A stretch of 63,819 bases of DNA, counting the filler, from Pelomyxa schiedti (taxonomy: Eukaryota; Protista; Evosea), in the NCBI GenBank assembly GCA_020536535.1. It is 9 parts of 9 records of this genome, joined end to end, with 100 filler letters (N's around TTAATTAATTAA, not from the genome) between each part and the next. Parts side by side here need not be neighbours in the genome. Positions count along the whole stretch, not along the records: positions 21,626 to 47,946 come from JAHLWZ010000119.1; 8 more parts are not named here. One strand, 5' to 3'. Positions 33,879 through 45,642 of the stretch are shown here, one piece after another (the first letter of the stretch is position 1; every line of letters begins with the position of its first letter). Under the pieces are notes generated by a model. The model searched no databases. It was not told where the DNA came from and was given only the letters and a program-made list of their open reading frames with translations. Made by a program: the position numbers and the translations under genes.

Positions 33879-35402
33879 TCACTTCTTCCTGGCTTTCCAA
33901 CAAAAAGTGGATTGATACTTTCTCCGAAATTAAAAGCCACAAACACCTCGTTTGTTTCCACCAGTGTATCGTCTCATTATTGTATTAGCCCGAAATATCA
34001 AGCTCGTCGCTCGAACCCAGCCGTATTTCTTCCTCACGATCGTAACATTTCGGACAGGAGTAGCCGAGCGCTCGCCAACATAATTATTTAGATACGGAGG
34101 AAATCCGTTTCGTTCAGTATCCACCCTCCTTGGCAAGTCCCTCAAGATGAAACCACGGTACCTTAAATTACTCAGGGTCTGAAGAGACATGAGCTGTGAA
34201 CTCTAAATTAGTATGAGTTCAAAAACCATCTGCTGTATAACTGTGGCAGTATAGTACAAACTTCATGCAAAGGCTGTGCTGTTCTTTTATTGCTTATATT
34301 CCTGGAACAGAACCTGTGTTGTGACGTTGACAATACTTTCTGGAACTGCTGTCACCACTTTTGTTGGATAATTTACTGAAACCCCATGTGAATCCCACAA
34401 ATTTTGGAAGGAACTGGCCATTTCTTTTCACCGACTATGCTTGTTCCATTGGATTGAAATGATGCTTCAAGAAAATGTGACAGCAGAAACCGTTTGAAGC
34501 TCTATCTTGGAACTGTTTTCAAAAGGAAAAAGGGGATTGGCACTTGTGGTTTTCCATTCTGAATGGAAAGAAAGCTTCCCAATCCCATCCTACAACCAAA
34601 ACGTGGCAATGCTCTTCTCCGATTCGCCAAGCCATTTTAAGAATCTTCTCCTTTGGTGCCCTTAACTTTGTGCTTTTATGACACAGGTTTTCTGAAAAGT
34701 AAGGTGCACAAAGAACCACCTTTCTCTGGGAATAAGAATCTTTGAAATGTACAACTTCGGATATTATTGACAATGTTAGCTAGGATACTCTCTATTACTA
34801 TGAACCAAACCTCCATTGCTTCTATTCTGCAAAACAAATTGTATTGTATAAAACTGGAAAGAAGGCTATGTGTCGAAAAACAAAGCAACAAAAGTAGCCC
34901 AAAATCCTTGAGGAAGGTCTGTATGTACCATTAACAACAAAATGAAGTCCAAACCAGTTGAGCCAAGTTCAGAGATAGAGAACAACGTAGCTTTGGACCA
35001 CACTGAAACTTATATTGTAACAGAGTAGAATGAGATTAAACTGGCACTTTAACTCCGATCTGTCTTGTCATTACTGTTGGTCATACCAAGTGGTATTGGC
35101 GAAGCTAATGACTGGAAACAGTTATCTGGGGAAGTGCGTGGAATATGCTCCAAGGTTTAGGAGCCTTCTCCTGGCTTATCTGGAAAGTGACAAAAAAAAA
35201 AAGTTCATTCTTATGATGTGCTTATCTGCAAGGAGTACACTCTCAAACGGGGCAACATGGCGTGCATTCTGAGGTGTAATTCTTGCTACTGTTAACATTC
35301 ACAAGATTGATGAAACATGTTCCTCATTGAAAAGATTGACATGAAAATACTGAAAGCTTTTGGAAACCAGAATCCCAAATTTCCACATTCACTTGTACAT
35401 CT

Positions 35403-35491
35403 GGCTGAATAAAAAAAACACCTGACCGCCGATCCTGAGCGATGACAACGAAAATGACAGCGTTCCGGTCTGTTGATTATTTTATTCAGCC
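35403..35491 (-). mobile_element. MITE family A, copy 3, inverted (TSD ATCT)
   Basis: Reverse complement aligns to copy 1 end to end; ATCT at 35399-35402 and 35492-35495. Confidence 0.8.
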
Positions 35492-36445
35492 ATCTTGTTT
35501 TTATTTCATGATACAGCGGAAATACCATGGGAAAACGAAAATTTACACGTCACAAAACGCAAGATGTGCTTGTGAAAGTATGGGTACTGCTTTTTCCCAA
35601 AGCTATTCATGGAGAACATACCATAGAAAATTCCTGAAGTAAGCAAGGCAGTTCTCACAATAACAATATCAGCCAAAACAAATCTGCAACAGATCACAAT
35701 GACACTGGAACAACACAATTATACATTTGCACAGGTTTTATATTTCAAATACCCCTTGAACGAGCTTCCCTGGACTCACACTTATTGCACTAGTAAGGAT
35801 GATATTCCCCACGCATTTCACTCTATGAATACATGGCAATGCTTGGCTCCGGTTCTTTTGGAATTCTTTCAAATTCTCCTGTGGAATATGTCGCAAAGTT
35901 GCCACTACCGGCAGCAGATTCATGTATGTAAAAACTGATGAGGAAATTACATAGATTACGTGATCTTCTCCACAGAAGAAACGAATTACGCAGTCAAATT
36001 CGAGATTGTATTAGCCGGCAGTTTCCCAAGTACCAGCTTTTCCACTCAGTCGCTACTAACAACTCCACAGACATTCTGTTCTTTGAACAGGAAAAGGAGT
36101 GTCAGATCCACCTCCTCCCCTTTTCCCTGCCACTTGGAGAGCACTTATGGTGTAATGAGAGCTGTGAATTCACACCCTGAGTCTCCTGGTGTGATGCCCG
36201 TTCAAATGTCTGAGAAACCCACAAAGAAAAGTGCTATTTCTCCGACTACTGCCCCCCGGTACAACGGCTATCTTTTTTTGCTGAATCATGTGCAGATCAA
36301 GAGAGGTCGCACGAAGCTTTGCACACTTGAGCTCCTGAATTCGACACCCAGCGGAACCATCTTTTTTTCCTGAACACAACGGCAAGAAGTTCGGCTTTTT
36401 CCCGGTGCCACTTTTTTTTGGAACACAACGTACCTTACGGTATTC

Positions 36446-38678
36446 ATGACAACGGACGAGGCACGGGCGACCATCAGGCACATTCTGGAGACTTCGAGGG
36501 TTGTGTGGGACAACGTGGTGGCCCCAGGGTGGCTCGAAACCTCCTCCTCGCCGTTGCTCCCGCAGGACGGCGAGGAGGGCGGGTCGATGGGCGCGGACGT
36601 GTTCCGGGCTGCCGGGGCCATGTTCCCCCTCGTGGCCCTCGCCTGCTCCCGCGTCCTGCGCCGCGCCCGCGAGGAGGGCCGCTCGCACTACTGCGCCCTG
36701 TGGGCCGCCGGCATGGCCGGCAGCGGGGCGTGCGTCTCGTGGATCATCGCGCACCACACGCGGGAGTCGCACCGCGGCGCCCGCAGGCCCCGCACCAGCA
36801 CGGTCAAGGAGGCGGGGTGGGTGCTGTGCGGGCTGTGCGACTCGGGCAACGTGGCCGCCGCTCGCTCCTTGTTCGGCGGAGGCGGAGGCGAGGGAGATCA
36901 CATGAGCGGGGGGGGCACCTTCCCTTGGTCATTGTGGGATGGGTACCGGGTGCCCGAGTGGTCCCCGGGTTTGGCCGGAACGGTGGCTCCGCCAAACACA
37001 GTCAGAAGTTCCGAGGCTGATGCGAGTGAACTGAGGACCGATGTGATGGAGTATGTGAAGTCAGGGCGTGCCGCGGGCGGGCGTGGGTGGAGGAACCTCG
37101 AGTCTGTGAAGTGGCTTATGTCTGCATTGCGTGTTGGGGCTGGCGACTCTTGGGTCTTTATGGCGGCCCTGAGATTGGCTCTCTGGTATGGCGCGACGGA
37201 TATCATGAAGTGGTTGGAGAGTGAGTTTAATTTGGTGACAAAGTTGCCTGAGGTGAGCCGAATCCAGTTGATTACAACGTGTGCTTCTGGTCACGCACCA
37301 GAAAATGTGAAGTGGTTTGCTGAGACCTTCCCGACCCTTCCTACTGGAGGTCACCTGTTGTCAACTGTGATGAGGAATGAACACAGCACTTTGGAGCAGT
37401 GCCAATGGCTGAGAAGCCATTTTCCAGAAGAGGAAATTAGCGACTTTACCTTGTCCGCAATAAGAAGTTCAAATATTGGAAAGTGGGCACTTTCATCTTT
37501 TCCCATTGAGCCAGGTGAAGGCACTCTGAACAGAATGTGCCGTTACATTCAGGACACGAGCTTCGTGGAGTGGCTCATCACTGAACGGAACTTCACCCCA
37601 ACAGCTGTCACGTTTGCTTGTGTTTGCTCCACAAGCCAAGGTGGATGCACTCTTCCACGGTGGCTCTCAACCAAAGTGAAACTGGTACCTGCTGATATCC
37701 AGGTCTCCCTTGAACGCGCCCTGAGCTGGAACAACACTGCAATTGCAGACTGGCTGGAGAGCACTTTCAGTGTCATGGGAGCTGTGACTGCAAGTGCTGA
37801 GGCTACTGCTGCCATGCTTGTTCAATTGTCCCAGGAGAGAGGTGATTTCACGAACAAGGTGGATGGACTGCACTGGTTCCTTCAGCACATCCCACATCCC
37901 GAGAAAATCCCTGCGGCTTCAGTCCACAAGGCAATTTCAGGGGCCCTGAAGTATGATCGTGTTAACTTTGCACTTCAGCTTCTGGAGGTGTTCCCCAAGT
38001 ACAAGCCGCAGGAAGGGGACACAGAGCTGCTGGAGTCTATTTTGAACGCTTTACTGAGAGGGAGTTATGTAAAACTGCAACGTCTGATGGCCTTGTTTGG
38101 ATTCTCGTTATTCACCAGAGAGATGGTCGCAACGTCAATGACCCGTCCAGCATTTCGGCCCTCTTCAGGCAAATGCGTGAAGTGGGCAATCACACAGTTC
38201 CGCCTGGAAGGGACACACATAAAACATAATCACAACAGGCTTCTCTTCAGCCTTATCCTGAGAAAGAAACCGAGTTGCGCAGAATGGCTCATTGATTCCT
38301 TTGGAATCACTCATGATGAGGTCTGTATGGTGCCAACACACCAAAATCCATTAGTAACTTCTGAACATCCCCAAATAGGTCATTGATATGTTCAGACACT
38401 TTCTGAGTTCCCGGGGACACTACTTTGTCATGGACCTGCAGACATGGAAGATGATCCTGCGCAAATTCCCAAGGATAGACGCCGATGTGATTCGCAGGCA
38501 CTTGATGCGGGTTGCTGTCATTTCTCCATCAATTGCCACGTTCACAATGAACCAATGCGGCATCACAATCGAGGAGATTCGCCACCAGTTCGATAGACTT
38601 GGACACTTTGAAAACCCAGAACACAGGGCACGGCTCACAACTGAGCTCCGAATGTGGCTTGGCTTGACTGGAGGGTAA
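36446..38678 (+). CDS. Expanded family 2 member: conserved N-terminal motif plus degenerate ankyrin-like repeats; single 3' intron 38321-38378
   Basis: SRVVWDNVVAPGW..AAGAMFPLVALAC; repeated helix units ending in WL/WF (LCGLCDSGNVAAARSL, ALWYGATDIMKWL, ALSWNNTAIADWL); splice ITHDE|VIDMF joins the ORF at 38388-38678. Confidence 0.8.
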
Positions 38679-39210
38679 GAAACTGGAAAACAAACGAATA
38701 AAAAAAACACCTATCCGGTATCAAGTTGGGTGATAAAATAATCAACACACTCTGCCCCTTAAATTTTCTCTTTCAACCTAATTAAATAGATTCGTCTCCT
38801 ACAGAGCACCGGGGTTTATTTTATTCTCCCAGCTTGAGTAGCACGCACTTCCACACTTTTTTTAACAGTAAGTCTTTGTGGCAACTCGTGTGGAAGACGT
38901 TCCTTGTCCGATTTTCGTTCGCCACTACGAAGAGTACGCTATGTTTACCGCCGTAATACGCGTCCCTGCTCTATGACGTCTACACCTGCCGAGTTAGGGT
39001 TCAGGTTGTCACTCAGCACTGTGAAATTCCCTCTTAACCTGACCCGTAACGCGAAAATGATTGGTGCAAAAAACTTTGAGGGATGCAGGGAATTGCAACA
39101 TCTCGACAAACGGTATAAACACAAAAAAAAACAACAAGTGCCTTCCACAGAGTGGTGTCTCCCCCCCCCCACCAAACAAGTTTTACACTCGAATTTAACT
39201 TCCGAAGAAA

Positions 39211-40521
39211 GTGCTTTCGCCGGCACGAGCAAGCGGCACCACTCCACCTGCTCGACAAGGAACGACAGCGGACTGCCATGCCGCAGCACCCACAACTCCA
39301 AATGCTCCAACCTCCCAAACGCCGGTGACACCTTCACCAGTACCAGCTCAAGGAACAACAGCAACGGCAACGGTGGTGACGATGACGACTACGACGACGG
39401 CCACACCGTCACCTCCAACAAGCATGCCGGCAGTAGTGGAGCCGTCAGCGTACACGAAGCTGAAAAGGTTCATGGAAGGGGTGGCACGTAGCTGCATCGA
39501 CAGGGAAGAGGCGACAATTGTTGGATTGGTTGCACTCTTGATGGGCGAGCACTGCTTGTTTCTTGGCCCGTCGGGCACGGCCAAGAGCATGCTGGCACAC
39601 ACAATGCTGCGGTACGGGTGCAATATGAGCCCGAATAGATATTTTGAACTCGCACTGCATGCTGGAACCTCCATGAATGATATTGTCGGACCTGTTGATC
39701 TTGTGGTACTGAACGGAGACAAGAAAGCTATACGCGACAGAAGGAATCACATTTACGTAGATGAGTGTGTAACGGCTTTCTTGGATGAGATATTCAAGGC
39801 ACCTCCATCGACCCTCACAGTTCTACTTTCACTCCTGAACAAGGACGACTTCAATGACGGGGAGAAAATGGTTAAATCGCACTTACACACCGTTTTCTCC
39901 GCCAGCAAGGAGATTCCGCTGGAGTCGAACCAAGGAGCCCTCCTTGATAGATTTTTCCTGCGAGTATTTGTTGATGGGATATCCGAGAAGCGTATTCTGT
40001 ACAGCTTTCACCAGAGTCCGCCAGCGGAATTCCCGGAACCTAGGATGGACTTCCCCTTTGTGAGAGACTTTGCCGATGCAGCCAAGGAAGCTATCCCCGA
40101 CCCGTTCCCGGAGCAGATGCAAGACCTTCTGAGCGACTTTGATGAGTTTGTTGTTGGACTTGAGCCAGAGAAGCACCAAGTGGATGACATGGCAGAAACC
40201 CACGGTGGTTCTTTGCTCACTGACCGCAGCCGCGTGAAGCTCGGCTGCATGGCACAAGTCATTGCACATGCACACAATCGCCAAAAAGTGCACCCCTACG
40301 ACCTGTACATGTTTGTCTACGCTGTTTGGAAGACAAAGGAGCAATTCACGAAAGTCTCCAACTGGATGATCAACCGCCTTCGCCAAATCCCACTAGATTT
40401 CGCAGTCCTGCAGGACCACCTCTTCATCCCGCAAAGAGTGAAGGATCGCCTGCTGGAGGCACCCAACAGTCCGCAGTCAACTGCTGACGTGGTCAGCACT
40501 CTTTTCCTTTCTAGAAGATGA
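39211..40521 (+). CDS. RavA/MoxR-type AAA+ ATPase domain, intronless; probably the 5' part of a fusion with the downstream kinase; start uncertain
   Basis: IDREEATIVGLVALLMGEHCLFLGPSGTAKS (Walker A), FLDEIFKA (Walker B), SASKE (sensor 1 region), ALLDRFFLRVFV (Arg finger). Confidence 0.85.
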   Translation: MLSPARASGTTPPARQGTTADCHAAAPTTPNAPTSQTPVTPSPVPAQGTTATATVVTMTTTTTATPSPPTSMPAVVEPSAYTKLKRFMEGVARSCIDREEATIVGLVALLMGEHCLFLGPSGTAKSMLAHTMLRYGCNMSPNRYFELALHAGTSMNDIVGPVDLVVLNGDKKAIRDRRNHIYVDECVTAFLDEIFKAPPSTLTVLLSLLNKDDFNDGEKMVKSHLHTVFSASKEIPLESNQGALLDRFFLRVFVDGISEKRILYSFHQSPPAEFPEPRMDFPFVRDFADAAKEAIPDPFPEQMQDLLSDFDEFVVGLEPEKHQVDDMAETHGGSLLTDRSRVKLGCMAQVIAHAHNRQKVHPYDLYMFVYAVWKTKEQFTKVSNWMINRLRQIPLDFAVLQDHLFIPQRVKDRLLEAPNSPQSTADVVSTLFLSRR

Positions 40522-41600
40522 TACTAATGAAAACCAAACAGAGGAATCCACATACAGTGGAACTCATTGAGATTGAGAATTTCAGGGCTGCAGAACTACT
40601 TGGAACAGGCTCAAGTTCAGCAGTTTTCAGGGTGCAAAACCGCAATTTCCACGATGGAGACATGGTGATCAAGGTTCTGTTCAACTGGGAGAACGCACAA
40701 CAAGTTCAACAGGCAATACCAGAGTGTGGAATGCTCTCCTTACTTCCACCCCACGAAAATGTGATCAACCCTCTTGGCTCCTTTGTGATCCCTTAGTATG
40801 TCTCCCTTCCCACTGAAGCACTCAACAAACACTTGCAGCCTACCGGCCGAGTTTGCAGAGAAAATACCACTTGACCAGCCATTCTTCAAAGAACTGTGCA
40901 ACAACAAGTCACTTGCCATCCTCATGCCCCATTGTGGTTTCACTTTACCATCATTTTTCTCTTCCTTGCTCATGAGGTGCTCCAAAGCATTGCTGATCGA
41001 CAATTTCCAGAGTCTGTTCGTTCAAGGGCTCCAAGCAATCCACCACATTGAGTCACATTTTGTTGTTCACAGGTTGTACTGCTTCCCCTTCCACACTCAA
41101 ACCAACTCAAAAAACACAGGGACATCAAAGGGGACAACGTTCTTGTTGACCCAGAGAGTGGCAAGCTGACCCTGGTTGATTTTGGTGAGGCTCAGCACTG
41201 CCCAAACCTTCAAATGGTTTTAAGTGCAACAACACAAGCATGGGGAAATGCAGGCACAATTCCCCCCGAGCTGAGCGCACTCCTCAAGAGTGTCACAAGG
41301 GGAACCGGCAGCAGTGGGGCAGTGTTCTCATACTCAAAGTGTGACTCTTTTGCCCTTGCCCTCACTTTCTACAATGTTCTTCTGCCACCTGAGCACAAGT
41401 TCATTGGGAGTGTGTTGAACCATGACATGAGTGTGTTCAGCACCCACTCACTCCTCAGTGAGTTCCCTTTCTCTGTCTTTTCCTCTCCCATGGTGGAACC
41501 TCCATCAGAGTTAATCCAGCATGTGATGATTGGGATGATGAATCCTGATAAGGGTGCCAGGCTCCCTGCTGCTGATGCCATCGAATTACTCACATCCTGA
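40518..41600 (+). CDS. Ser/Thr protein kinase domain with two introns
   Basis: LGTGSSSAV, MVIK, HENVI, spliced HR|DIKGDN, VDFGE, GNAGTIPPE, SKCDSFAL. Confidence 0.85.
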
Positions 41601-41685
41601 AACAACAATCCCTTCAAGGAACAATGTCGTTTCGGTGAAAAGCCGTTGTTGTTTTTATTGATTATTTGTCCAACTACCAAGAGAG

Positions 41686-43876
41686 ATGAGCGGGAGAACA
41701 ACCTCCAATACTACTACATCCACTGCTTCTTCGAGTGGTGGTGGTGCGGCGCAGACGTGCGATATGGAGGGAACGCATGGTGTTGTTGTTAGGAGTGCAG
41801 GTCCCGTGGCGCCAACGTCGACGTCGACGGCAACGTCGTCGCCCGCGTCGGCGGTTTTTATAGCCGCGTGCCGGGGTGAGGTTGCCGTTCCTTCTTTTTG
41901 TTTTTTCTTTTCGCTTTTCGCTTTCAGTTGATGGTTTCACGAACACCTCTTGTAGCGGTATCCTGGGGATGCACAGGTGGGCACTGAGTTCTTACCGCAT
42001 AAGGCGTTGCCAATCACATGGTTCTCGTATGGGCTGGATTGGCTTGGTTGGACAGCAAGCTGGATATGGAAGAACCCAATATTCCAGGCTGACGATATCC
42101 GAAGGGTGCGCGCTTTTTTGCAATCTCATTCATTTCATATGACCTCACAATACAATAAAGATTGTCAGAGAGATGTGTGCATGCCATTCACCAATGCTTG
42201 GAGATATGTCTCCGGCTTTGCGAGCTTGGGACACGTGGTTGAGCAACTTTGATCTCTCACACGTTCCTTATGTATATGCTCTTCATACTTTGCAGAGGTA
42301 ACTTGTCCCACAGAATGCTCACTTCATGGTAAACGGGACAATGCACGGACTGGCTGAAGCAGGACTGAAGATTTGCCGATACACCGCGGACCATCCTGAG
42401 CTATCTCAGAAACCTCTAAATCCCATCATGTTCATTTCTGGTCTTCCACGGGCTGGAACAACCATCCTTCACAAGTATATATTTCTTTTCAGTACTAGTT
42501 CCATCAGTTATACTCTTACCGTGATTCAGTTTGGTAGCCTCAGATCCCCGCAATCGCGGCATTCATTTGTTTGAGATGCACCATTTGGTCAGCCCAACAC
42601 CTCCCGCCAAGTCAAAGGAGGCTCTGTTAAATGATCCTAGAATAGAGGAGGTTGTCTTCATTATCAAATCCTCTCTCCAACCATAAATTCAGTGCAAGAA
42701 ACACTTCTTTGGACTTCATCGATTCATTAAGGACTACTGGTACAGAGTCACATTTTATTTTTTCTTTCCTCACCAAAGCGTTTTGTTTGTGTCAGGCCAG
42801 CTGTGGCAGAGTCTCACTTCACAGGACCTGAATCAATTGGTGTGTTTTAGTTTCTTGTGTGCTCCTTAACTTTTTTTTTTAAGATGAAGAAAACTATATT
42901 ATGTTGTTCTCCTCCAGTTTATCCGTTTTTTCACTTAATATTCACCAAAAGGAGTTGGATGGGTCTTTTCTTCATTCATGGCATTTTTGCTGGTGACGCC
43001 TACATGGATTATTACCTGGAACCTGACAAGAACTTCTTGTACAGGGTGTTGAGGACTTTCCTACAAATACTCAATTCAGTATGTCTGGTTATTCAAGAAG
43101 TCAATTTTTGTTCTTAACCTTTGTTATTTTAAGGGTTTTGCGCCGGAAAATTTGTGGATATATAAGTGCCCTGCACACAACCTCTGGCTGGATGCCTTGT
43201 TGCAGGAAATTCCCGATGCACGTGTTCTCTTCATCCATCGCAACCCTGCAGAAACTATTCCCTCTTGGGCAGCTTTGCAAGAAGTATCCCTTTCAACACA
43301 TATGAAGTTCATTTTTTTTATTTATTCATTACAATACTGAGTAGGTTATGATGAGCCACTTTTATCATGATGGGAAATGGAACCGTCGAGATATTGCCAA
43401 GAGTTCATTGAGAATGTGGCGGACTGCAGCCTACAGAGGCATGGAGTGGCAGCAACGGACCGACCCAAAGCATTGGTACAACATCTTTTACAAAGGTGCG
43501 AAATCCACCTTGTTCTTTCTTCCAAAGAGACTGAGAAGCATGAAGATTTCCTTGCTGATCCAACTGGATGCCTTGAGAAAGCCTATGAACACTTTGGAAT
43601 TCCATATACGTGTGTGATGTTGATATTTCTGTTTTTATTGCCCCTCAACACCTCCTGAAGGGAAGAGGCAAGAACAGCAATGAAAGCGTGGCTCGCAGCT
43701 AACCCACAAGGCAAGCATGGCAGGAGGCACTACACTCCTGAAATGTACGGAATGACAACAGCAAGTATGTATCCGCAATTCCGGTTTTCACCAATGCAAT
43801 AAAAACGCAAACTCCAGGTCTTGAAGAAGCATTTGGAGAGTATTTGAACCGCCATTGTTACCCCGGAAGTCACTAA
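41686..43876 (+). CDS. P-loop sulfotransferase (Sulfotransfer_3 / actinobacterial Stf-like), multi-exon
   Basis: FISGLPRAGTTILH (5'-PSB loop), WIYKCPAH, LFIHRNPAETIPSW (3'-PB), NPQGKHGRRHYTPEMYG. Confidence 0.85.
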
Positions 43877-44211
43877 CAAGGGTAAAAATGAATGCAAGCA
43901 CATACAATTTGCTATTTTTCTGTATTTCCTTTTGATACCACAACACCATTTGATTTTTCCCCAAATTATAATAAATAATAATATGTTATTATTCCTTCCA
44001 AAAAGCGATGATTACAACAAAATGTGAGTGCTTCGGCCCTAGGCTGCCAATAGTAAACTAAAAAACTAAAAATTTGATTCCAGTCTTCCTTCTTGCATTT
44101 TTTTTCAGTGGTATCAGATTGCAATACTCAATATTTGTTTGTGATTACATTGTGGCAGAGAAAATTAAATACACTGGAGGGGAGCCAAAAAGGAGTCATA
44201 ATCCAGAGTCG

Positions 44212-45444
44212 TTACAAGACCGAATCCTGGGGGTGTATCAACGCAGGCATTGCCAGAGAAAATGCAGCAACAAGACATCCCGCAAAGGGCTCAATCACCG
44301 TCACAGAGTGCTTAACAACCACAAACAAGAAGCCACTGCCAGCCACAACTTGATCGAAGTTATCGTCCGGGTTGATTGCCCTCAGTGGTTGGTCAATGTT
44401 GTTGCAGTCCCACAGTTCGTATGACCTGTATTTTTCGTGCCAAATGCAGAACACTGAGGATGAGACTTGTGTGAGGTTATTGGGCTCTGAGTAGCTGTGT
44501 TCCTCTTTCTCAGTGATCTGTCTGATTCCCCCTGTTCTGGGGTCAATTGCAAACACCTCACAAAGAAATGTCTGTGCAATAAAAACCATATCAAAGGTCT
44601 TCCTTCTCATGACAAGAACAACCCCAAATGTCAGTCTGTGTCCCGACAGGGGGAGCATTCCAGTTGACGCAAGAACGGCAAGTTTCTTTGACTGGACAGT
44701 CTTCCGAACATCAAACAGAGTCAGAACAATGTGGCTGTGATTGCGCGCTGCCACAACAGCCTCATCAGGCACAGTCTTGCTCAGGAAGACACCAGCCAGA
44801 CTGTGCAGTATGTCACTCCCCGGAATGCGGAACTCCAGAGGCTCTACCGGCTTCTCCTGTGGGCATTGTGGTAGTTCCCAGATCATCACGGTTTCGTGGT
44901 CACTTCCTGGTGCTGGGCTTCTGGCGTTGAGGAGCCACATGGAATTTGCGGCCGCGAAAAAAGGGCTGCGTTCGGATTCAGCAAAGGTGCAAACAAAAGG
45001 CTGCGCCTGGTTTCCGAGGTCTCTGCATTCGTTGCGGCTGCTGATTTGAAGGTCCAACGACCTCAGGGCATACCCATTCCCATCTGGGACCAGGACCTGT
45101 TCCGGGGCCACGCACTTGACGCGATGCAGCAAGTCGATGCCTTGTAGGTAAGTGACACCAAGCAGACGCCTGGACAACCCAATGTGCACAGTGCTCGGCG
45201 TGCTGTCATCGGTGAAATCCGCCGACTCAAGATACAGAACGAAGGCGGACGCGCCGGCCAGGACAATTTCGCTCCAGAAGTGTGACATGAGCGGCGCGCT
45301 GGCGGACATGATTCGGGCCGGGCTGTGGGCCCCGCACCGCGGGTGCGACGACATCAACAGGGCCGCGACCTGCCAACTGGCTAATTGAAGGTGAGCCACC
45401 TCGCGTATGCGCGGCGTTTGCCGTTGCGGCTGTGTTGTCGACAT
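44212..45444 (-). CDS. Expanded family 1 member, intronless (410 aa)
   Basis: WQVAALLMSSHPRCGAHSPAR..IGLSRRLLGV..NSMW..FDVRKT..ELWDCNN..FDQVVAGSGFLF. Confidence 0.85.
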   Translation of the reverse strand: MSTTQPQRQTPRIREVAHLQLASWQVAALLMSSHPRCGAHSPARIMSASAPLMSHFWSEIVLAGASAFVLYLESADFTDDSTPSTVHIGLSRRLLGVTYLQGIDLLHRVKCVAPEQVLVPDGNGYALRSLDLQISSRNECRDLGNQAQPFVCTFAESERSPFFAAANSMWLLNARSPAPGSDHETVMIWELPQCPQEKPVEPLEFRIPGSDILHSLAGVFLSKTVPDEAVVAARNHSHIVLTLFDVRKTVQSKKLAVLASTGMLPLSGHRLTFGVVLVMRRKTFDMVFIAQTFLCEVFAIDPRTGGIRQITEKEEHSYSEPNNLTQVSSSVFCIWHEKYRSYELWDCNNIDQPLRAINPDDNFDQVVAGSGFLFVVVKHSVTVIEPFAGCLVAAFSLAMPALIHPQDSVL

Positions 45445-45481
45445 TGGTCGGGGTTGTTGTTGTTGCGAGTGTAACGGTTCG

Positions 45482-45568
45482 TCAAGCAGTGATTAGAACT
45501 GTACTGCACAGTTCGACTGTTGTATGTAGTTCTAAGTGTGGTTCTAATCACTGATGGATTTCTGGGAA
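45482..45568. promoter_or_regulatory. Dyad element (13-bp IR CAGTGATTAGAAC / GTTCTAATCACTG); its right half recurs at 30496-30542
   Basis: Arms 45487-45499 and 45541-45553; TGTAGTTCTA..GGTTCTAATCACTG..ATGGATTTCTGGGAA present at both loci, each just upstream of a start codon. Confidence 0.5.
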
Positions 45569-45642
45569 TCCGTTGGTACCCTGCGGGAGATCCAGGCGAC
45601 ACCTAGAACTGATTCCCGTGTCTTATCAAGAGGGCACACTAT

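Noticed and set aside
40518-40521. ATGA stop/start overlap suggesting a bacterial operon or contaminant
   Set aside because: The kinase has spliceosomal introns and a good acceptor precedes the overlap; splicing into a fusion is more plausible.
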